DNA of 64,000 nucleotides, taken from positions 5,704,001 to 5,768,000 of the forward strand of contig OZ361256.1 in NCBI GenBank assembly GCA_977018835.1. The letters are read 5' to 3'. Source of the stretch: Minutocellus sp. GHC0000111. Its lineage: Eukaryota. Shown one piece after another: positions 35,919-46,219 of the stretch. Each line of letters opens with the position of its first letter. Within the stretch, counting starts at the first letter, position 1. Both the position numbers and the translations under genes were made by a program. The notes below the pieces were generated by a model. It made no database searches and was not told the origin of the DNA. It saw nothing but the letters and a program-made list of their open reading frames with translations.

Positions 35919-37730
35919 TCATTTCTCCTCTTTCTTGACCTTCTTTGTCCAATCATCTCGAATGGCCCGCTGATTAATATCGATCTCCCTGGCGTCTTCA
36001 ACACCCTTGTCATAGGACGTCCAGTCGTAATCAATAGACTTACGCTTCCGACCCGCGCGGAGCTTGATTCCTTGCTCTTTGAGTACCTCGTCTGCTACCA
36101 TTTCTCGGTGATTCACGAGGACGAGTGCATTCTCTTCCTCCTGTTCCATCTCCTCCAATCGCCGGGCGAGATCATCCCCGGAAAGTTTGGCATCCTCGTA
36201 TCCAGCTGATTCAGATGCTACCCCCAAACTGTTTCCGCCACTATCATCGCTTTTACTATCAAATGATACCGTGGGAGGAGACACTGCGGTCGTAGCCGTC
36301 TCATTTGCGGGTAGACTGCTTGGACCACTTCTACTCGGAAAGGAATATCCAAGACTAATGCCGCCCTCTTCGTCTTCGTCCTCGCCTTCGTCGTCACTTT
36401 CCTCGTACGCTTCACCAGCCGAAACTGCTTTTCGGGCACGCTCAAGTTTTCTCTCGCGCCGCTCTTTCTCTTGTTAAATGTTTGCCTCGACTTCATCCGT
36501 AATTCCCTGCACAATTCCCAGCGCATAGCTTAGACGGGCTCTCTTGGTAGCAACGGAGCTCACTATCTGCTGAACTGGTCTGTACTCGGCCACCATTTGA
36601 GAAATCCTTTCGACTGCGACTCGGAAAGCATACGCCGCAAGCTGGCAGTTTGTGTAAATGCCGTAAAACGTTACGGAGCACATCTTTCCTCGTCGAACCG
36701 ATTTGTAACATTTTACATCGAAGTTGTCGGCGACGGGAGCCATTAGAAAAGCGATCCAACGAGCCATCTGGGATGGCTTCTGTGTCTTGCGATAGACGAT
36801 GCGAACCTTAACTAGTCCGCCTTTGAGCACCTCGTCGCCATCGGCGCCTCCACTCTGTTCCCTCTCCTTCAACAGAAGCGCCTGGGACAAGTTGTGTTTC
36901 TTCATAAGGCGTTGCGCCAGCTTCATGGCATTTTTGGCCTCTTGCTCGTTTGACTCATCGTGAAAACCGGTATTGAGAAGCTTGATAATCCGGTTCTTGA
37001 CATCTTGATTGGTGTTTCCACCATCTGAAGAGATCAAAGCTGGCGCTTCACTGAAACCCTCACCTTGCTCTCCTTCCTGCCTCTTTCCCGGCGCCGTGGG
37101 GATGTCCTCATCGTTCATGTGCACCTGCAGTGGGGGGTCCTTGGGCTTGCTGCCCTTGCGTCGGGCGGGCTTCGTACTACTCGTATCAGTGTTTGTGCCA
37201 GCATTCTTTGCCTTTGGCTTTTCGTTGTCGTTACTTTCATGATCTTCGATACTAGTAGTACCATACATTTCGTCATCGTCATCGTCGTCGTCGTCATCGT
37301 CATCTTCGTCGTCGCTTTGTTCCTCCTCCGTGCTGCTGTCGTCGCTGCTAATTTCAATCACCTCCACTTCCTTGGGCAGCTCGTACGGAACTGTCTCTAC
37401 TGAAGCATCATCACCATCCTTAGAAGCGACAGGAGCATCTTTGCCAATACCTTCTTCGCTCTTCACGGCCACTGCAGGGCCGTGGCTTGGGCAGAGTACC
37501 AGCGTGTCGCCATCGTCGATCTCGCTGGCATCCTCCACCAGGGCCTTCTTCCCACCGCCCCCTTCGAGGTAGAGCTCCCATGCTCCTTCTGTTGCGGCTA
37601 CTCCCAGCTTGTTCGCAATCACCTGGAGGAGGACGGCAAAGTTCACACCCGAGTTCTCAATGCGGAGAAGCTTGGTGACGCCGCCGCCGTCCGAAGAGCT
37701 GTCGAGGTCGAGGCGGACGAGGACGCGCAT
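35919..37730 (-). pseudogene. DUF2786-like domain protein interrupted by one in-frame TAA
   Basis: RIIKLL...NEQEAKNAMKLAQRLMKKHNL (DUF2786-like), VTFYG...A.YAF, SYALG. The frame continues past TAA 36474-36476 (NI*QEKERRERKLERAR...) into the 35919-36284 ORF in the same frame. Confidence 0.65.
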
Positions 37731-37892
37731 CTTCACGTTTCAATCTTTTGAGATCGCTGTGAGACGATAATGGGGATGGCCTGGCGAAGATATCCCACGT
37801 CGAACGAGAGGGAAAGCGTGGAATTTCATTGACACAGAGCTGTCAGAAACATGTCATTCTCGCCAACAAAAACGGCCCGTGATCAACCAAAA

Positions 37893-37928
37893 CTTTTGAG
37901 CCCTCATACTTTTGAGCCCTCATACTTC
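37893..37928. repeat. 16-bp tandem duplication next to direct-repeat copy 1
   Basis: ACTTTTGAGCCCTCAT x2 plus ACTT. Confidence 0.85.
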
Positions 37929-37936
37929 AATGCATG

Positions 37937-38142
37937 AGGGCCCATGCTTTCTCCCGGCCAGAGAAAGAAATGCAACCAATACATATCTCCGCGAGCCATC
38001 GCATCCAGTATCTTGCTTTGTGCTCGCATGCATCATCGCTGCCTGAATGTGTGCCGTTGTGCGCTTTTGACTGTTTCGAGCGAGGGGTTTATCCTTCCGA
38101 ATGACAAAGTGATGACGTGGAAAATTCCCTGCCTGCTCGCGA
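37937..38142 (+). repeat. ~200-bp direct repeat, copy 1
   Basis: AGGGCCCATGCTTTCTCCC...ATACATATCTCCGCGAGCCATCGCATCCAGTA...TTATCCTTCCGAATGACA...TGATGACGTGGAAAA...GCCTGCTCGCGA; a diverged copy lies at 45908-46106. Confidence 0.9.
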
Positions 38143-40206
38143 ACTACCTAGGTAGGCCTACGTGTACTCGTACATGTTGTAGTCTAGCTCTAGCTAGAGA
38201 GTAGGTAGGCCTACGTACTTGTACCTAGAGGTAGCTAGCTAGGCCTACGTAGCTGGGGGGGTACGGGATGTTCGGGCAGTGATTGGCATAAATGTTCAAG
38301 AGGGAGTTTTTCGTTTTGACACGTCAAAATGAAAGATAAAGTATAACACTTATGCCTAATTTCTGTACAGAATCCCATAGTAATTTTGCGAGCAAGCCTT
38401 GCCGTCCACCCAAAAACTCCTTCGGTACAAAAATACGTCATTGTCAACTCCCAAAAAATATGGTCTGTTCATCCGTCCGTCCGTCCCCGCAACGATTCTC
38501 GCCGTTTTTCATCTTCGCTCAATTGTTGAAGACGGGGAGAGTTGTCATGACGTGTCTCTTGCTCTCGTCTCTGCCCTCTAGCTTCCACCGCATGCTACAT
38601 CAATGGCACAGCGCCGTGGGCTACATCATTCGTTGCGGCCGACAACAATCAAGAAATAGCTTTCGTGGCAGCTTTCGATATGCCACCCTGCGCTTCTCCT
38701 TCCGACGGATGTCTCGCATCGTTTTCATTTTCTCGGTTGCTCCCCAATGCCCCAATGCCGACACTTGTTGCGTTGTTTCGACGCGGTTGCTTGAGTGAAT
38801 ACCTTCGGCTCATTCAAATAATGGTCGCGCCTTGACCTACGAACGCATCGTTTCTTCGACACGTGCCGCCAATGCAGATGCAATCACCGGCAGGCTATTT
38901 CATCGAGTTGCTTCGAGTCGCTAGCGCTTTCCTTTTGCTTGTTTGTTTTCGGCAGGAGGAACCCGCGAAGCGGCGAGAAATCCGTCATATTTTCATCGGG
39001 TCCGCATGTTTTTGCCGAAATATCCTTTGGCTCAGCCATCTGAACGTTGGGCCAGTGGCCGTCGTCGTCATGTGCTGAAGCCTGCCTCTGGCCGACCGAC
39101 AAGTGTATGTGAATCAAATTTGGAGGATTTGGATGTCTTGGTCGTGCATGTCTTGGGACTCGGACCATAACAGGACACATGCTCTTCGGCGCCGCGCAGT
39201 GGAGAGAAAGTTGCGATATGGTGTAGCTAGTTGTAACTTTTTTCTGGTTTTGGATGAACTACGGATGGAGAGGAGTGGCTGTATTGTTGGCAAAAATCTT
39301 TTTGTATCGACTTGTGATTTTATACTTTGGACTCGGGGCATCGCAGGATACATACTCTTCGGCGTCGCGCAGCGAAGAAAATTTAGCAACATGGTAAAGC
39401 CAGTTTTCATTTTTATTTGGGTTTTGGATCGACTATGTGTATGCATGGATGGAGAGGAAGAGTGCTGGTACCGGTATTTTTGGGTCAAACTGTTAGCAAT
39501 GAAACAATATATTGCTGTGGGCCTCAAGAACATTGCTTTTCGTTCGGATACCGCATAATTGATAGCTTGTGCTTTCATTGAGAGGATTTGCATTTATGGC
39601 ATGAACGGGGAGTGAAATGGTCGTATGTGTATGTGCTCTACATACATGTAAGGTGCGCTGAGACAAAATTATTTTTCCGTGTTCTTCCATGATGATCCAC
39701 ACGGTAATATATGTGTAGAAATAAAATAAAGTAATGCAAATATGAGGTAGCACAACTCATTGCTATGTGTATTCTCGCGATTTCTGTGCTGGTTTTGTGT
39801 TCATGTATGTATGAGGATTCCTGTAGCAAGAGCGGCGGCAACCATGGTGGAGAGATAAAATGGCATTCGCATGCATCGTGGGACTTTTGAGTGTTTCACG
39901 CTTTCTTTTCTTCCAAAATTGTGACGCGACTGTTCGACAACCCCCCTCCTTCCCCCCATGTGACGTCAAATCACTCCCCCCCTTCCCCCCAAACCCGTAG
40001 CTAGATCTAGTAGTATTTATACTGTCCTTGTCAAGATTTTGAATATGTATTGAGATTTTTCTCAATTCTGTCAAATAGCCCACTCTGACTTCTCGTTTTG
40101 ACAGACAAAGCAGAAGTCGCTGTAAGAAGGCACATTTTGGATTTTAAATGGTCTTGAACGATTCTTTTAAAACTGATGCGACGGATATAAGTTACAGGGC
40201 GATTTG

Positions 40207-43200
40207 TCAATGATCCAACGATGAGCGTCGTCTTGTTTGCAATCGATGAGATACCAGACTTGCTTGGCCAAGTACCAAGAGTTCAGCTGAGCACAAATCC
40301 ATAGGAAGAACTTTGCCTTCGGCTTTTATCATGTTGGTAGCGAGTTCACAACCCAAGCGCGCAGCACTAATGTCGTCCTCGGTAAATGGTAGAATCGTAT
40401 GATTCACACTCTCGATAGATCTAAGATCTTGGCGCTTGACACGTTTGTTCAAGAGCTGGAGTACAGCACAAACCTTACCACGAAACAAAAGGGGAACGAC
40501 GAGTTCAGAGGATCCAATTTTGCTGTCACCAGCGCCCTCATAATGAGAAATTCCTGAGGTAAATGCATTAATAACTCGAGGGTACATCGCAGCTCCCCGG
40601 TGCCACGAAACTCCACCTGCTTCCCGATCTTGAGAGGGTTTTGATAGTAGAAAAAGACGCCAGGTGTCGCAGTTCATGAGTTCACTCATCATGAGCATTA
40701 CATTTTCAATGAACATGGCATTCGTCTCGGATATAGAGGCATACAACTGCTGTGGCGTCGCAGCACCTTTAATGTCGTGCAGCTTATTCCAGATATAAAT
40801 CTTAAGCGTAGTGCAATTGGAATTTGAATGGATTCACATGAAGATGGTGAGATTGGACATATAGACGTGACCACAAAGTCAGTGAGAAAGTGGATCTTAT
40901 CATGTGCATGCAGCAAACACTTTCCGTAGAGAAAAAGTTGGAAGGATCCACAAGCTAATTTCTACTACGCAATCATTTATATGCTTGCCGGTCCCCACAT
41001 AGAATCTACACATGCGTAAGCATACATGTAATGGAAAACTCACCTCTGGAACGCAGCCGACGCGATAAAAATGGAGCTCATCATCTTCGATTTTACGAAC
41101 ATCAAGAACGCTGCTCGAAGCAATCGTCATGGGAGATGGCCCATCCGCTAAAATGAAGTCGATCTTGCTTGCAATCAAATCGTCGACCTTGTTGTGATGC
41201 GTACAATCACAAGCCCCGGAGGGATTGGCACTGGTGATTGCCAAAGGGCCAGTTTCCATGAGAAGAGCGACAGTCAAGGTTGAGTTGGGTACTCTGAGAG
41301 CAATGGAATCATTTGTACCAATCAGATCAGCAGCATGGCCGACACCCATTCTAGAGAGCCAGCTGCCCCTGCTTACAACAAGCGAAACAGAACCAGGCCA
41401 GATAGAATCCATAAATCGGAATAATTTTGGTCCCCAGCCCTGGCCTTCGGGGGCAACTTTTTTAATTTCTTCGATTGATCCAAGCCAGAGTGAAAGCGGT
41501 TTCTCAGAAGGACGGCTTTTGACTTCGTAGATTCGTCTAATAGCATCAGGCCTGTTCGCAGCACAAGCAAGGCAATATACTGTATCAGTTGGTATGCAAC
41601 AAACCCCTCCATTCTTCAGTATCTCAACGCACTTCGAGAACATTTCGCGGTCATTTGCAAATCCAACCTCGCAGAGAGCATCGTTCCTGCTTGTAGACTC
41701 TTGTAGCCAGCGTCTACAAAACTCAAAATGAGCCGAGCAAACGAGAGTGAACAAAGCCAATAACGAGGAAGCTCCTGTAAGTAGAAAACTCATTGAAGTG
41801 ATCACTTGAAGTGAAGTATTTTGAGTATATGCGACGAATATGATCTGAAAAAGCGTCCCTAAGCAGTGTAGCGCGACAGCAATTGACAAGAGAGAGAAGG
41901 CGTGGAAACTTGATGCAAGCCATATCAGCTGGAGCACGAGGACCCCAACGAGGAAAGTAGCAGCGCTCGCAACATCTATATTAGTACCAAGGATTGTCGT
42001 CAGGAGCAATCCTTCGAGAGCGAACGTCAAAGAACAAAAGCCAAAACTGTTGCGAGTAAAAAAAATCAATCAACAATGAAAGAGATGTTGAGCCCCTGGA
42101 ATCATAGTGTGACATTGCATTGAATATAAGGCATGTGAGATTCGGAAGCCTACCTGGTCTGACCCCTGGCCACACATATCAGGAGCACTGCAGATTGTGT
42201 AATCAATGCTACTACGCAAGCTTCAGGGACAATTGCACTTGAGAAAATCATCCCGCATCCTACTAAAAGAGAATAAAGAGCAATCCCCGTCAGCATGAGA
42301 AATAAGGGTGTCTGAAAATCAGAGTGCCCAATCAAATTGGCATCTCCAGGATAAGTCATGTTGCCAACAAAGTCATTTGTAGAATATTTGTCTTCGTTTT
42401 GAAAATTTGATGTCGTAGAAGCATCGTCGTCGGAATCAAAGAGATCACTGAGCCCGTGGAGCGACGAATGTAGTCGAATAGCACGTGTACCGTGATCATC
42501 TCCTGCATTATCGTCAGTGCTATTGGTTTTGGGGCGGTGCGGGCGGATAATAATTTGTTGACCAATCGGAAGAATTTCCTTTTGTGCGATGGCATTGGCC
42601 AAGTCAGCAATCCCATAGTATAACATAAGAAGAGATGTGGTACAAAATGTTACCGCGGCCCAAATACCAATGCCATGGGTTTGATATGACAACTGCATGC
42701 TTCCTGCAAAAAGTGAGCAAAGAAGTAGGATATTGCATGCTAGACTGACGGCCGGTGCCACTTCAAACATGAAGAAAGAAAGAAAGAAAGAATGATTGCT
42801 TGTGCGAAGGTAAACACAACGGTGATCGGAAGCATTGTGGATGTGGGCTCTTGGCCAGCCTCGAAAAAGATCACCCCAAACGAAATTACAGCACCTAAAC
42901 AGCCACGATACAAGGAATTAATCGAAAGGCTTGCTTCCGAGCGTAGGCAGTGTAGCAAAGACACCAGCCATAGAACGAGCGCAAAAGTAGCTAGCCAGCA
43001 CGTCAATCCTGCCGTAGGAACAATACTGTCGGAGGGGTTGTAAAGCCATAATCCCAAAGCAAGAGTCACCATAGACGCGCATATAGATCCGAGGGGATTT
43101 GGATTGGCCCAAGTTCCATCGGAGTAGTCAGACGTAAGCGGCTTCCGCTTCCACAGTACTGTCTCGATGAGAGCGTCATCAAACCCGGGTAGCACCTGCC

Positions 43201-43804
43201 TCTCGTATATACCGTGGAGGACAGCAGCGGCAACCCCGTAGCTTGTTACGAGTACAATGAATATCTCTGAGATCCCTGTGGCCACGGCAAGCCCACTACT
43301 GGTAAGAGTTCGGCCGGCGAACTCGAGCGCAGAGGCCAGAGCGATGGTGCCCAGGGCGACCGTGTAGAATCCATTGACAATTGGGGCTATTGCTGTCAAT
43401 AGTACGTTGGTAGCGATGAGAGCGGCATGGAGCCAGATCATTGACGCATGCGGTCCGATGAGCTGCTCCAGGCCAAGTAGGGCCCAGAATGCCGAGAAGA
43501 ATGCAAACGTGGTCCCACCAAAATGGTTGTAGGCTCTGAAAATAACGAGAGCTGCAAGTAGCTGGATAAGCCCACCCACGGCAATGAAGCACACACCGAT
43601 AGCTACGGAACTTGGCTCGCCGTCGACGTTTCCAGCAGCGTGCGAAAAGTTGGAGGTCGCCGCAAGTAGTGCGCAGATAGCATTGGCCCCAAGTCCAAGG
43701 GACTCGCTGTAAGAGTAGAGTACTCCAGGGTGTTCACCGCCGCTGCTGTTCTGAACAGGTTTTGGAAGTACCGCGCCGGCTGCACCGATTTTGGAAGAGC
43801 ACAT
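40207..43804 (-). pseudogene. Multi-pass GPR1/FUN34/YaaH(SatP)-like membrane region + YrdC/Sua5 domain + GAF-like domain; two apparent frameshifts
   Basis: GGLIQLLAALVIFRAYNHFGGTTFAFFSAFW and WANPNPLG (YaaH-like); IPTDTVY, VKSRPSEKPL, IALRVP, TSANPSG (YrdC); ELVVPLLFRGKVCAVLQLLNKR...PFTEDD (GAF). Introns at ~42153-42095 and 41043-40801 (GCVPE|IYIWNK in frame). Frame breaks in a (CTTT)n run at ~42771-42790 and at a GATT duplication at ~42065. Confidence 0.7.
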
Positions 43805-44592
43805 GTTAGAATGCCAGTTGTTGTCAACGGACGCGCTCTCGAAAACGCAATGTACGTGGGCTACCTCTAGTGAGTACCCTATAGGCAACACTGGGTGTTG
43901 CCAGGCTCACCGTGACGCACGCCCTGGCTGTTGCTCACCCTGTCCTTATCGCGAGCCTAGCTTCTGCTCTAAAACAGTTGAAAATATTTTCATGTCTGCA
44001 TGTTTTTGCAATATTGGCAGGCTCGCACGGCGAAAGCTGGCAACAACCAAAACTTTTTAGCATCCTTGGGACTTGTTTCATGCACATCAGGAAACAGCTG
44101 GACAGAGAGCTAAGCAAGGAGCACTGATTGTTGCGAAGTGTAAGCAAGCGAGCTGGGCCCATCAGTTGAGTCCGTTCAAAACCGCAAGATACCGGCTTCA
44201 ATCGGCTTGGTTTGTGTCCCGTCTTCTGTATCCCGTCTTTTCACGAACACGAGAACGGCCGGCCAGAGAAAGAGAGAGAGAGAGAGAGATAAAGCACCAC
44301 CAATGGCTCGTTCTCCCGCGACTACAAGCGGCCGAGGAGGCCGATCCGGTGCTGGACCTATCTTTCCAATTTGGACTTTTTCTGTTTGTTAGATTCGTGG
44401 TGAAGGGATATGTCCCAGAGAATTGGGACAATCGCCAAGAAGCAGTAGATTGGTTGGAGGAGAACGTGTTCCATGCTAAAACGAGCAGAGCATCAGAAAT
44501 GACCAACAAAACAGCCAATACTCTCCTCAATCGAGCATATCTGAAGACGAGCCCCGTCACAGGGGGTAGGCTATTTCCTAGCTAGATAGCTA

Positions 44593-45490
44593 GGACCCGG
44601 AAGCATGAAAAACAGGAGTAAATCCTGGGAAATTCGACTTTTTCAATAATGGAGCTCTGCTCTGAAGCCATGCGAAATCGTTTTGAATAGATCTATGACG
44701 GATGTTCGATCCCGCTTCCGCATGTCTTGTCGTCGCTTCGATGGTGGTGGTATCTCCTGCACTATCCCTCCGAGGTTTGGGAGGTCACGTTCGACACTGA
44801 CATTGCCAACATGCCCCCTGTTGACTGAGAGCGCTTGCGACGATGGTGCGAAACTCGGTCGGAAAGAAAGCCATCGGCCCTCGTTTTCTCGTCGATCGGC
44901 GTTTTGCGTGCAATGGCATGGGCGATAAGGCCGTTGAGTATGGTGCGGGATAGCTCATCGACGTCGATTTGTGCTGCGGTTCCTCTGTTCGCTTCGCTGC
45001 TTTCACTTTCGTCAGAGGACTCATCAGATGCCGGAGCACGCCCACGCCCACGCCCACGCCCACCAGCGTAGTAGTTGTCCATAAAATCATCTGGGTTATC
45101 CTCCTCGTCGGTTGGCCAATCGGCAAGGCTTCCGCCTACCGGCCTCGTCAGTCCGGACGCCACCCTACTACTCCTCAAGCCCGGCATTCCTTCGAACCGC
45201 CCACGCCAAAATAAAAATGACGCGAGTTGCTGGCGAGTGCGTGGCGCAATTTTTTAGTCGAACGAGTCAAGATGCGATGAGACCGTATCTTTGCACAAGA
45301 TGTGCTTCCCAACCACAATGAGTTGAGGAATATCGATGCCATATATTTGAAGGGAATTGCTTGATTAATTTGTTTATGGTGTTGAATTAGCTGTATTTCG
45401 TGGTTTCAAAATCGACATTCGGGCTCTGAGCTGCTTTTCTTTCCCAGAAACACCCATTTTTTCCTCCGCGTTTTTCACGCTGCCGGGTCC
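44593..45490. mobile_element. ~900-bp non-autonomous TIR DNA transposon (MITE-like)
   Basis: Left end GGACCCGGAAGCATGAAAAAC; right end reverse complement GGACCCGGCAGCGTGAAAAAC (2 mismatches). Both ends abut TAGCTA, so the target duplication is TA or CTAG. Internal 141-aa low-complexity ORF at 44762-45187 (-). Confidence 0.8.
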
Positions 45491-45534
45491 TAGCTAGGTG
45501 CGCCTGAGAGACAGAACAAGGATGCCGATCGATG

Positions 45535-45582
45535 AGATCTCTCTCTCTCTCCTCTCTCTCTCTCCTCTCTCTCCTCTCTCTC
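45535..45582. repeat. Imperfect (CT)n microsatellite
   Basis: CTCTCTCTCTCCTCTCTCTC... read directly; a (GA)n run also occurs at ~44270-44290. Confidence 0.9.
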
Positions 45583-45907
45583 TACTAGGCTAGTAGATCA
45601 GTGGCCATGTCTTTTTTTTTGCTTGGTTGGGGGGCATGCACAAAAAAAGCATGCATGCTCGGGCGCCGAGGTCATGACGCAGCAGTAAGTACGGGAAGCA
45701 TAATGGGAAGGCATCGCGTGATCGCTCTCGGACTCAGACGCTTTGCTCCAAAGGCCTGTGAGAAGGCATCTCAAGTGCCTCGGACGCCGGATCTCAAATC
45801 TCGGACGCTCGCGCCGCCGGAGAGTTCCCCCCTCCCTCTCTTTGTCGTCTGCCGAGCTCATTGATATTATTTTCATCGATCCTACGACGATGGGAGGTCT
45901 TTGGTGC

Positions 45908-46106
45908 AGGGCCCATGCTTTCTCCCAGGCCGGAGAAGCAATGCAAAAATACATATCTCCGCGAGCCATCGCATCCAGTACCTTGCTCTACATGCATGCT
46001 TGCATTCAGTCATCACCTTTTGACTGCTTTTTCGAGCGAGGGGTTATCCTTCCGAATGACAGAATTGATGACGTGGAAAACTCCCAGCCAGCCTGCCTGC
46101 TCGCGA
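45908..46106 (+). repeat. ~200-bp direct repeat, copy 2 (just upstream of the EGF-domain gene)
   Basis: Shares the same ordered sequence blocks as 37937-38142, with substitutions and small indels. Confidence 0.9.
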
Positions 46107-46219
46107 GCGAAGCAAGCCACAAAAATGGCTTGGCCGAGCGAGGTTGGTATCCACCGCGTTCGCTTCGCCGCCGCAGATAGCAACGAAAGGCGCTGACCAC
46201 TCACCAAACAACCCTCAAT

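Noticed and set aside
37937..46106. LTR retrotransposon defined by the ~200-bp direct repeats
   Set aside because: No clear TG...CA termini, primer-binding site or polypurine tract, and no gag/pol remnants between the repeats.
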